Shown in pieces: positions 9,500 to 17,504 of a stretch of 64,000 nt of DNA. The position numbers and the translations under genes were made by a program. The notes under the pieces are model-generated. The model worked only from the letters and a program-made list of their open reading frames with translations. It ran no database searches and was not told the origin of the DNA. Each line of letters opens with the position of its first letter. Position 1 is the first letter of the stretch. The stretch comes from Acetobacteraceae bacterium (GTDB taxonomy: Bacteria; Pseudomonadota; Alphaproteobacteria; Acetobacterales; Acetobacteraceae): contig CBDIBE010000010.1 of assembly GCA_965276815.1 (NCBI GenBank), positions 623,734 to 687,733 on the forward strand, given 5' to 3'.

Positions 9500-10218
9500 T
9501 GGCGGATCTGCTGCATGGGATCGTGCTAGAAGCGCCGCGCTTCTTTTCATACTACAACATGCTGCTGTTTGGGCAGGCGTTGCTGAACACGGTCGGGTTG
9601 TCGCTGATCGGTGGAGCGATCGGCTTCGTCGCCGGCGGCCTGCTCGCCGTCATTCGCACGAAGCGGCTGGGGGCGCCCCTGCCGCTGCGCTTGCTCGCCA
9701 CGCTCTATGTCGAAATATTCCGGCGCATACCGTTCCTGGTGAAGCTACTCTGCGTGTTCTTCGGCTTCCAGTATATCGGGCTGCAGGCGCCGCTGTTCGT
9801 GGTGGCGCTGGTGACGGTGTCCTTGTCCGCCTTGGCCTTTGCGGCCGAGCTGGTCCGCGCCGGGCTGCAATCCGTGCACGCCAACCAGGTGGATGCGGCC
9901 GAGGTGATGAACTTCAGCCGGGTGCAGATCCTGCTCAGGGTAATGCTGCCGCAGTCCTGGCCGGTGATCCTGCCGCCGGCCGTCGCCTATCTGGCTGGGT
10001 TCGTGAAATCGACCTCGATCGCGTCGCAGGTGGGCGTCATGGAGCTGACCTACGCCGCCAAGATCATGAACTCCAAGGGCTTCTCGGCGATACTCTGTTT
10101 CGGCACCGTGCTCGTGTTGTATTTTGCCGTCTGCTATCCGCTGAGCCTGTCCGGCGCGTGGCTGGAGCGCCGTCTCGACCGCGGCCGCCGGCCGTTCCAG
10201 ATCGTCCAGACCCCGTAG
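9499..10218 (+). CDS. Amino acid ABC transporter permease, second TMD
   Basis: 239 aa. It is a paralog of the preceding permease (VDAAEVMNFSRVQILLRVMLPQ), with stop/start overlap. Confidence 0.85.
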   Translation: MADLLHGIVLEAPRFFSYYNMLLFGQALLNTVGLSLIGGAIGFVAGGLLAVIRTKRLGAPLPLRLLATLYVEIFRRIPFLVKLLCVFFGFQYIGLQAPLFVVALVTVSLSALAFAAELVRAGLQSVHANQVDAAEVMNFSRVQILLRVMLPQSWPVILPPAVAYLAGFVKSTSIASQVGVMELTYAAKIMNSKGFSAILCFGTVLVLYFAVCYPLSLSGAWLERRLDRGRRPFQIVQTP

Positions 10219-10226
10219 GAGTGACA

Positions 10227-11171
10227 ATGACAGCAGCCCACACCGCACCCGGCATGCAATACCTCGCCGGCGCCGTCGACTGCCACATCCACGCCTGCCC
10301 GCATCTCAACGGCAGGTCGGTCACCGTCTTCGAGGCGGTGCGCCAGGCCGCGGCTTCCGGCATGCGGGCGATTGGGCTGATGGACAATTTCTGCAACAGC
10401 GCCGGCTACGCGGCGCTCGCCAATAGCGAGCTCGGTCATCTCGGCGTCGACGTGTTCGGCGGCCTGATCATGCAGCCCACCGCCGGCGGCATCACCGCGG
10501 CGGCGGCGCAGGCGGCGCTGGGCTACGGCTATGGCCCGGGGACCGCGGCGCGCTTCATCTCGCTGCCGACGCATCACACACGCTATATCGCGACCCGTGA
10601 GGGCCGCAGTCCGGCCTTCCTTGAGACTACTTTCGGCGTCCCCGCCAACGGCATCGTCCCCGACCCGGTGCCGGAGATCATGGACATGGTCGCCGAAGCC
10701 GACGCCGTCTTCGATTGCGGCCATGTCTCCGGCCCCGAGGCCGTCGCTCTCGCCGAGGAAGCCCGCCGCCGCGGCCTGACCCGCATCCGCACCCACGGCA
10801 ACCGCTATGCCCCAGACGAGATCCGCGCCATCGTCGCCGCCGGCGGTGTTGTAGAATTCTCCTTCTTCATCTTGACCCATGCCGTCACCGTCGAGCTGAC
10901 CCATGTCGATCAGGAGAAGCACAAGGTGACCGGCGGCGGCATCACGATCGGCGACATGGCCGAGCGCATCCGCGCCGCCGGCCCCGCCCACGCGATCCTC
11001 TCCAGCGATTGCGGCGTGTTCCTGCTGCCGCCGCCGGTCGAGGGGTTTCGCGAGTTCCTGCTGCTTGCCGAGAGCGCCGGATTCACGCCGGCGGAAATCC
11101 GCCTGATGAGCAGTACTAACCCGGCCAAGCTCTTCCGGGTCGGCGACCGAAGCCTCGCCTTGGCCGCTTGA
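10227..11171 (+). CDS. Metal-dependent hydrolase of the amidohydrolase/TIM-barrel superfamily (H-x-H motif DCHIHACPH)
   Basis: About 315 aa. There is an AGGAG RBS 6 nt upstream of ATG 10227. The protein has Asp/His-rich metal-ligand positions. It is embedded between the permeases and the second SBP. Confidence 0.6.
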   Translation: MTAAHTAPGMQYLAGAVDCHIHACPHLNGRSVTVFEAVRQAAASGMRAIGLMDNFCNSAGYAALANSELGHLGVDVFGGLIMQPTAGGITAAAAQAALGYGYGPGTAARFISLPTHHTRYIATREGRSPAFLETTFGVPANGIVPDPVPEIMDMVAEADAVFDCGHVSGPEAVALAEEARRRGLTRIRTHGNRYAPDEIRAIVAAGGVVEFSFFILTHAVTVELTHVDQEKHKVTGGGITIGDMAERIRAAGPAHAILSSDCGVFLLPPPVEGFREFLLLAESAGFTPAEIRLMSSTNPAKLFRVGDRSLALAA

Positions 11172-11188
11172 ACGAAAAGGGGACCATC

Positions 11189-11992
11189 ATGACACGCACC
11201 ATCCGCTTCGCCCTGTTCGCTCTCCTGCTCATGCCGCTGGGTGCGCAGGCGCAGGTTCACACGCTGGACCAGGTGCTATCGGCGAAAACGCTGACCGTCG
11301 GCATCAACCCGACGCTGCCGCCGCTCGCCTCGTTCAACGACAAGAATGAAATGGTCGGCTACGACGTCGATATCGCACAGAAGCTCGGCGCGATGCTGGG
11401 TGTGCCGGTGCAGCTCGTGCAAGTCGGCTCGCCCGACCGGGTCCCCTACGTCGCCACCGGCAAGGTGGACATCGTGATGGGCGCGCTGACCCGCACGCCC
11501 GACCGCGCCAAGGTGATCGACTTCTCGGTGCCGATCCAAACCGAGGCGCTGAGCGTGCTGACCACGGAAGGCAAGCCGTATACGAGCTGGCAGGACCTCA
11601 ACAAGCCGGACGTGACCCTCGTGCAGGTCCGTGGCACGACGCCGATCGACTTCATCAAGGTGAATGTGGCCTCGGCCAAGCTGCTGCTGCTGGACAACTA
11701 CCCCGACGCGATCCGCGCCCTCGCGCAGGGGCGTGGCGACGCGATGATCGACGTGGTCGACTACGTCGGCAACTTCACCAAGAACTATCAGGTGAAATGG
11801 AAGATCTTGAAGGAGCCGATCGGCTCAGTCGACTATGACTGTATTGGCGTCGCCAAGGGCAATGACACGCTGCGGCGCTGGCTGAATGTCGCGTTGTTTT
11901 CGTTGAACCAGTCCGGCTTCATGGGCGACACGTATAAAAAATGGTTTGGCATCGACATGGTCGTGCCGGTGAAGGCCGATCCTTATTTCTAA
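11189..11992 (+). CDS. Amino acid ABC transporter substrate-binding protein, copy 2 (paralog of 7999..8815)
   Basis: It has a signal peptide (MTRTIRFALFALLLMPLGAQA) and the same family-3 SBP motifs, for example KTLTVGINPTLPPLASFNDKN, GYDVDIAQKLGAMLGV and VDIVMGALTRTPDRAKVIDFSVP. Confidence 0.8.
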   Translation: MTRTIRFALFALLLMPLGAQAQVHTLDQVLSAKTLTVGINPTLPPLASFNDKNEMVGYDVDIAQKLGAMLGVPVQLVQVGSPDRVPYVATGKVDIVMGALTRTPDRAKVIDFSVPIQTEALSVLTTEGKPYTSWQDLNKPDVTLVQVRGTTPIDFIKVNVASAKLLLLDNYPDAIRALAQGRGDAMIDVVDYVGNFTKNYQVKWKILKEPIGSVDYDCIGVAKGNDTLRRWLNVALFSLNQSGFMGDTYKKWFGIDMVVPVKADPYF

Positions 11993-12011
11993 GCCTCATC
12001 CCGCCAGTCAT

Positions 12012-12764
12012 CTCGAGCTGGCCGGCGTCTCGGCCGCTTACGGCACGCAAGCGGTGCTGCGCGAGGTCAGCCTGTCGGTGCCGCGCGGGACGGTGCTGGG
12101 GCTGATCGGCCCGTCAGGTTCGGGCAAGTCCACCGTGCTGCGGGTGCTCGCCGGGCTGCTGCGGCCGAGCGCGGGGACGGTCCAGGTGGATGGCGAGCTC
12201 GTCGATTATGGCGACCGCCGGTCGGTCCGGGCAGTGCGGCGGCGACTCGCGATCGTGTTCCAACAATATAACCTGTTCCAGAACATGGACGTGCTGCGCA
12301 ACGTGACGCTTGCCCCCGTCAAGGTGCAGCGCCGCCCACAGCGAGAGGCCGAGGCGGAGGGGGTGGCGTTACTGCAGAAGGTGGGGCTCGGGGACAAGCT
12401 CCGCGCCCATCCTGCGGAACTGTCCGGCGGTCAGCAGCAGCGCGTCGCCATCGCGCGGGCGCTGGCGCTGCGGCCGGAGATCCTGCTTTTGGACGAGATC
12501 ACCTCCGCGCTCGATCCCGAGCTGGTCGGCGAGGTGTTGGACACCATCCTTCTGCTGGCCTCGGAAGGCATGACCATGCTGCTCGTCTCGCACGAGATGG
12601 GGTTCGTCGGCGACGTGGCGGCGCAAGTGGCCTTCATGGACAAGGGCCGCGTCGTGGAGACCGGTCCGCCGGAGGCGGTGTTCGTCACCCCGCGAGAGCC
12701 GCGCACGCAGGAGTTCCTGGCCCGCGTGCGGCGCGAGCCCCGCCACAGCCTGGCCAAGGCTTAG
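12012..12764 (+). CDS. Amino acid ABC transporter ATP-binding protein (GlnQ/HisP family)
   Basis: It has Walker [10 protein letters not shown], signature [14 protein letters not shown] and Walker [12 protein letters not shown]. The N-terminus [11 protein letters not shown] lies upstream of the track's GTG. There is no canonical ATG in frame after the upstream stop, so the start is uncertain. Confidence 0.8.
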   Translation, partial: LELAGVSAAYGTQAVLREVSLSVPRGTVLGLIGPSGSGKSTVLRVLAGLLRPSAGTVQVDGELVDYGDRRSVRAVRRRLAIVFQQYNLFQNMDVLRNVTLAPVKVQRRPQREAEAEGVALLQKVGLGDKLRAHPAELSGGQQQRVAIARALALRPEILLLDEITSALDPELVGEVLDTILLLASEGMTMLLVSHEMGFVGDVAAQVAFMDKGRVVETGPPEAVFVTPREPRTQEFLARVRREPRHSLAKA

Positions 12765-12968
12765 TTTTCGGCCGCTCGCCAGCGAAAGTCGGCGGATGCG
12801 CCCGGAATGACGGACCGTTCGGAAAACTTTACACCGCCGAACTCGCGGCACCCAAGTGCGTCCATAAGACATTGATGTTGCGCGTTTTAGCTTTGTGGCA
12901 CGAGAGGTGCATTGACGATTCTGTGACGCGTTTTATATTGTCACACAACGCGTGCAGGAGTGAGCCGA

Positions 12969-13601
12969 ATGAACGTCAAGACCGCATTGTTGGCGACAAT
13001 TGCAGCCGTCGGAATTTCGGGTGTTGCGAACGCCGTGCCGATTGCGGCCGGAAGCCAATTGAACATTGCTGGTTTCGATCGCGCTCAGCCCGATCTCGGA
13101 ACCACGACGCTCGATATGGCCACCGGCCTGGACTTCACCACCGGCGATGGCCCGACGCCTGGCACGCCGGGCGTCCTAAGCGCGGCGAACGGCAGCGGAA
13201 CCTTCGCCACCCTGGGTAGCTGCTCCACCTCGTGCGGGACGATCCAGGACATACTGAGCTTCTCGGGCTTTACCAGCACGGCGGGTGAGGTTGTGGCCAC
13301 CCTGCCGGGCGGCACGGTGACCCTGGACCTCAACGCCCCGTTGAGCATCACCGGGATCGCGGCCAACCCCGGCACCGGTCAGCTCGCCACGTTGCTCGTA
13401 TCTGGCACCGGCGAGTTCCATCTTGCCGGTTTCGACACCACGCCGGCCTCGTTCACGCTGACCACACAGGGCAGCTCGATCACGACGTTCTCGGCTTCGG
13501 CAGTCGGCACCACGTTGGCAGTGCCCGAGCCGATGTCGCTGGCTCTGCTGGCCAGCTCGCTCGGCGCTTTCGGCGTGGCCCGGCGCTTGGGCCGCGGCTA
13601 A
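12969..13601 (+). CDS. PEP-CTERM sorting-domain secreted protein (copy 1)
   Basis: There is an AGGAG RBS before ATG 12969 and a signal peptide MNVKTALLATIAAVGISGVANA. The body is Thr/Gly/Ser-rich. The C-terminus AVPEPMSLALLASSLGAFGVARRLGRG is VPEP, then a TM helix, then an Arg cluster. Confidence 0.8.
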   Translation: MNVKTALLATIAAVGISGVANAVPIAAGSQLNIAGFDRAQPDLGTTTLDMATGLDFTTGDGPTPGTPGVLSAANGSGTFATLGSCSTSCGTIQDILSFSGFTSTAGEVVATLPGGTVTLDLNAPLSITGIAANPGTGQLATLLVSGTGEFHLAGFDTTPASFTLTTQGSSITTFSASAVGTTLAVPEPMSLALLASSLGAFGVARRLGRG

Positions 13602-13616
13602 CGGTTTATTTCAGCC

Positions 13617-13657
13617 AAGCTCCGGCTGCCCGCGAGGGCCGCCGGAGCTTTTTTATT
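13617..13657 (+). terminator. Rho-independent terminator after PEP-CTERM gene 1
   Basis: The GC stem AAGCTCCGGC...GCCGGAGCTT is followed by TTTTTTATTT. A partial duplication (GGAGCTTTTTTATTTA) follows immediately. Confidence 0.6.
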
Positions 13658-13774
13658 TGGAGCTTTTTTATTTATCGAGGCCGCGACCGCGTTCCACGCG
13701 CGTGAAGATCGCGAAAGTTTCACACGAACAGAACACGCCTTCGTTATGGTCCGGGCAATCAATGAGGGATCACC

Positions 13775-15259
13775 TTGATGTTTGCAGGGCGGCTACAGGC
13801 GCGGTTTTCGATTGTCGTCATGGTGCTTGCCGGTGTTGCCGGCCATGCTCAGGCGGCCGTGGTTAATCAATGGGTGCAGTTCGCGCCCAACAACACCGTG
13901 CTGCTCCGCGCTATTGAGAGCGACCCCAGCAATGGCTGCCCAGCCGCCTCGGTCGACGGCAATCCAGTCACGCTGACGCAACGCGGCACCGTCACCACCC
14001 CGGCAGAGGCGCCGCAGACCTACTATCCCGTCCTGATGTGTGAGGCCTCGCTGTCCGCTTTCGGGCATACCTCGGCCAATATCGGCGGTGTGACGCTCAA
14101 GATGCCGGTGACCACGCCGCACCGGATCCTGTTCCTCGGCGACACCGGGTGCCGGGTGACCGCATCGGTGTCCAGCACGCAGAACTGTGACGATCCGACG
14201 CAGTTCCCGCTGCAATTCCTCTCCAACTATGCGGCCAGCTTCAAGCCCGACCTGATCGTCCACGTCGGCGACTTCCTCTACCGTGAGCAGCCATGCCCGG
14301 CCGGGTTTGCCGGCTGCGCGGGCAACCCCGCCTTCGACAACTGGGATAGCTGGAACGCCGACTGGTTCGGCCCGGCGAAGAACCTGCTCGCGGCCGCGCC
14401 GATCGCGATCACGCGCGGCAACCACGAGAGCTGCAACCGCGGCGCCCATGGCTGGTTCCGCCTGCTCGACGCCCATCCCTATAACCAGGCGGCCGTCGAC
14501 TGCATCGGCCAATACGCGCCCATGGTCGGCGCCCCCGGCACGAAGACGACCTATATCGGCCAGTATGACTACACCGCGCCTTACGTGGTGAACGCCGGGC
14601 AGGTCTCGTTGCTGATGTTCGACTCCAGCGACTCCAACACCACCGCGCCGGACAACACGTCCCTGACCCAGGCGACGAACCCGACCTACCCGTCGATGAC
14701 GCTGCCGCAAATCTACGCGGCGCAGCTGAACGCCGTCCTGCCCTCGCTTGCCAGCACGAACGTGTTCTACATCACGCATAAATCCAGCTTCGACGTCCGG
14801 CCCGCCCTGATCAACGGCGCGCTCTCCGGCGGCGATGCGACGCAGCAATATGTGTTCAACGGTGTGAGCCCGAACGGCGGCGTGCCGCCGCAGATCAAGC
14901 TGCTAATCTCCGGCCACGACCATCAGTTCGAGGCGGTGAACTTCGCCAACACGAATTTCGCGCCGCAATTGACGACCGGCAACGGCGGTACTCTGCTCGA
15001 CAACAATAACGGCAACCAGCCGCAGGGCTTCTCGCCCGACACCGCGCCGGGCAACCAGGGTGCGGCATACGCCCTGCCTGGGCTCTCCGGCACGCCGACC
15101 ATCACCATCCAGTCCGACGCCGACCAGGCCGAATACGGCTTCACCGTCATGGACGCGGTGACCGGCGGCTACGTCGCCAACATCTACAACATGGCGTCCG
15201 GCAAGCTGGCGCGCTGCGTAACGCAGCTCAGCCCGCGCCAGATGATCTGCACGCAGTAG
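13775..15259 (+). CDS. Secreted calcineurin-like metallophosphoesterase
   Basis: It has a signal peptide (VMVLAGVAGHAQA). The metallophosphoesterase motifs are present in order: GDTG, GDFLYRE, GNHE, GHDHQFE. A GC hairpin sits at about 15276-15297 downstream. Confidence 0.75.
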   Translation: MMFAGRLQARFSIVVMVLAGVAGHAQAAVVNQWVQFAPNNTVLLRAIESDPSNGCPAASVDGNPVTLTQRGTVTTPAEAPQTYYPVLMCEASLSAFGHTSANIGGVTLKMPVTTPHRILFLGDTGCRVTASVSSTQNCDDPTQFPLQFLSNYAASFKPDLIVHVGDFLYREQPCPAGFAGCAGNPAFDNWDSWNADWFGPAKNLLAAAPIAITRGNHESCNRGAHGWFRLLDAHPYNQAAVDCIGQYAPMVGAPGTKTTYIGQYDYTAPYVVNAGQVSLLMFDSSDSNTTAPDNTSLTQATNPTYPSMTLPQIYAAQLNAVLPSLASTNVFYITHKSSFDVRPALINGALSGGDATQQYVFNGVSPNGGVPPQIKLLISGHDHQFEAVNFANTNFAPQLTTGNGGTLLDNNNGNQPQGFSPDTAPGNQGAAYALPGLSGTPTITIQSDADQAEYGFTVMDAVTGGYVANIYNMASGKLARCVTQLSPRQMICTQ

Positions 15260-15408
15260 CGTCTCGGATCAGAAGCTCGCCGGCCTGAGCCGGCGAGTTC
15301 CTGGTCGGCACGCGGAAAACAACTCAGTACAATTCGCTTCGCGGCGGCGCCGGTTGCGGGTAAATCCGAGACCGGCGCCTTCCGGCTGGGCGATGAGGAC
15401 TACGACCA

Positions 15409-16431
15409 ATGCTGCACGGTCACGACCACGACGGTCACCATCACCATGACCACGACGATGATGGGGATGACGTCCCTGTCAGTTCGCCGGGCTCAAGGCG
15501 GCTCCGGGTCGCGCTGCGCTTTGCTTTTGCGGGAGTGATCGTGGCCGCCGCGGTGTTCGCATCGGCCTCGGTGATGGTGGGTGCGGGGGAGGCCTCGGTG
15601 ATCACCCGCTTCGGCGACCTGTCGCGCGTGCTGACCAAGCCGGGTCTGGCCTGGAAGCTGCCGACGCCGCTGGAAAGCGTCATCCCGGTCGATCTGCGGC
15701 TGCGCACCACCTCCACCGGCCTGCAGGATGTCGGCACCAAGGACGGGCTGCGCATCCTCGTGCAGGCCTATGTCGCTTGGCAGGTGCCCGCCGACCCCGC
15801 CCATATCCGGCAGTTCGTGCGCGCCGTGCGCAACGACCCGGACGAGGCGGCGCGCCAGCTCCGCAGCCTGGTCGGGGCGGCGCTGCAGGTGACGGCCAGC
15901 AGCTTCGAGCTTGCCGACCTGGTCGACACCGACGCGGCGCGGCGCAAGCTGCCCGAATTCGAGCAGCGCTTGCTCGCGCAGATCGGCCCTTCCGCCTTGG
16001 ACGTCTACGGCGTGCAAATCCAGCAGGTCGGGATCGAGCGGCTGACCTTGCCGGACGCGACCTTGGCCGCGACGGTCGCCCGCATGCGCGCCGAGCGCGA
16101 GACCGTGGCCGCCGCTCGCACGGCGGAGGGGCTGCGCGCGGCGGCGGAGCTGCGCTCGGCGGCGGCGCGCGACTCGCGGATCACCGTGTCGAACGCGCGG
16201 ACCGAGGCGGCCGATATCGAGGCTAAATCGCGCGAACAGGCGGCGGCGATCCAGGCGCACGCCTATCAGGCCGACCCCGACCTCTACACGATGCTCCGCT
16301 CGATGGACACGCTGGGCAGCGTGGTCGGCCCCAACACGCGGTTGATCCTGCGCACCGACGCGGCGCCGTTCGACGTGCTGGTCAAGCGGCCCGGCGCGGC
16401 CCCCGATCCGACGGCGGGCGCCAGCCGTTGA
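15409..16431 (+). CDS. SPFH/band-7 domain membrane protein (HflC-like) with an N-terminal His/Asp-rich tract
   Basis: The N-terminus is MLHGHDHDGHHHHDHDDDGDD, followed by one TM helix and then an SPFH domain (VITRFGDLSRVLTKPGLAWKLP...). The stop overlaps the next gene's start (ATGA). Confidence 0.75.
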   Translation: MLHGHDHDGHHHHDHDDDGDDVPVSSPGSRRLRVALRFAFAGVIVAAAVFASASVMVGAGEASVITRFGDLSRVLTKPGLAWKLPTPLESVIPVDLRLRTTSTGLQDVGTKDGLRILVQAYVAWQVPADPAHIRQFVRAVRNDPDEAARQLRSLVGAALQVTASSFELADLVDTDAARRKLPEFEQRLLAQIGPSALDVYGVQIQQVGIERLTLPDATLAATVARMRAERETVAAARTAEGLRAAAELRSAAARDSRITVSNARTEAADIEAKSREQAAAIQAHAYQADPDLYTMLRSMDTLGSVVGPNTRLILRTDAAPFDVLVKRPGAAPDPTAGASR

Positions 16432-17504
16432 GCGCCGCGGCGCACCCGGCCGAAGGACCGATCGCGCAGTCGATCGCGACCGGGTTCAAGGTGCTGTTCG
16501 CCGCGATCGCCGTGCTGGCGGTCGCCTGGGCCGCATCGAACTGGCGGCAAGTGCCGGCCGATGCGCAGGCGGTCGTGCTGCGGTTCCGCCGGATCGTCGC
16601 GGTCAAGCAAGCGGGGCTGACCCTGTCCTGGCCACGGCCGATCGGCAGCGTGGAGCTCATACCCGGCGAACAGCGGCTGCTGACGGTGCGCACGCAGTCC
16701 ATCGCCCGCGTTGGCGGCATGACCGATGTGTTCACCGCAGCCAACGAAGCGAACTTGCCCGAGGGCAGCGCCGAATACCTGACCGGGGATGGTGGCGTGG
16801 TGCTGCTGGGCGCCACACTCAGCTACCGGGTGACCGACGGCGCCGCGTACTACCTCGCCCAGACGCATGTCGCCCCGGCCTTGCAGCGGTTGTTCGCGGC
16901 GAGCGCCGTCGACGTGCTGGCCACCCGCAAGCTGGACGACGTGATGGTGGCCGAGCCGGTGCGCGCCAACGCCGACCTCCAGCGCACCGCGGACGCCGAG
17001 GCGAGGCGGCAGGCGTTGCGGGGCGACCTGGTCGAGGCCGTCAACAAACGCCTGGCGGATCTCGCCGCGCATGGCGCGTCCCTTGGCGTCGAGGTCGCGC
17101 GGATCGATTTGGAGCCGTCGCTGCCGCCGCAAGCCAAGATCGCCTACGACCAGGTCCTCGTCGCCGCGCAGATGGCCGAGCAGGGCATCGCCGACGCGCG
17201 CACCGAGGCCACACGCACGCTGCAAGTCGCCGACCGGGAGCGCGACCGGTTGCTGGAAGCCGCCAAGGCGTCGGCGAATGAGCGGGTGGACGAGGCGCGG
17301 TCGCGCACGGCGGCGATCCTGGCGGTCCGCGCGAGCATGACGCCGACGACGCGGAGCGCCGTGCTCGATCAGGTGTATCGCGACCAGCTCGCGGTGCTGC
17401 TGCAGAAGGTTGGCCGGGTCACCGCCGTGGATCCGCGCGGCGGAGCGCAGGTGATGCTGCCGGCGACGATTCCGCTCCCCGCGGCACCGAGTTTCAATCG
17501 ATGA
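16428..17504 (+). CDS. SPFH/band-7 domain membrane protein (HflK-like partner)
   Basis: 358 aa with one TM helix and an SPFH domain (VVLRFRRIVAVKQAGLTLSWPRPIG) plus a coiled-coil C-terminus. It is translationally coupled on both sides. Confidence 0.75.
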   Translation: MSAAAHPAEGPIAQSIATGFKVLFAAIAVLAVAWAASNWRQVPADAQAVVLRFRRIVAVKQAGLTLSWPRPIGSVELIPGEQRLLTVRTQSIARVGGMTDVFTAANEANLPEGSAEYLTGDGGVVLLGATLSYRVTDGAAYYLAQTHVAPALQRLFAASAVDVLATRKLDDVMVAEPVRANADLQRTADAEARRQALRGDLVEAVNKRLADLAAHGASLGVEVARIDLEPSLPPQAKIAYDQVLVAAQMAEQGIADARTEATRTLQVADRERDRLLEAAKASANERVDEARSRTAAILAVRASMTPTTRSAVLDQVYRDQLAVLLQKVGRVTAVDPRGGAQVMLPATIPLPAAPSFNR

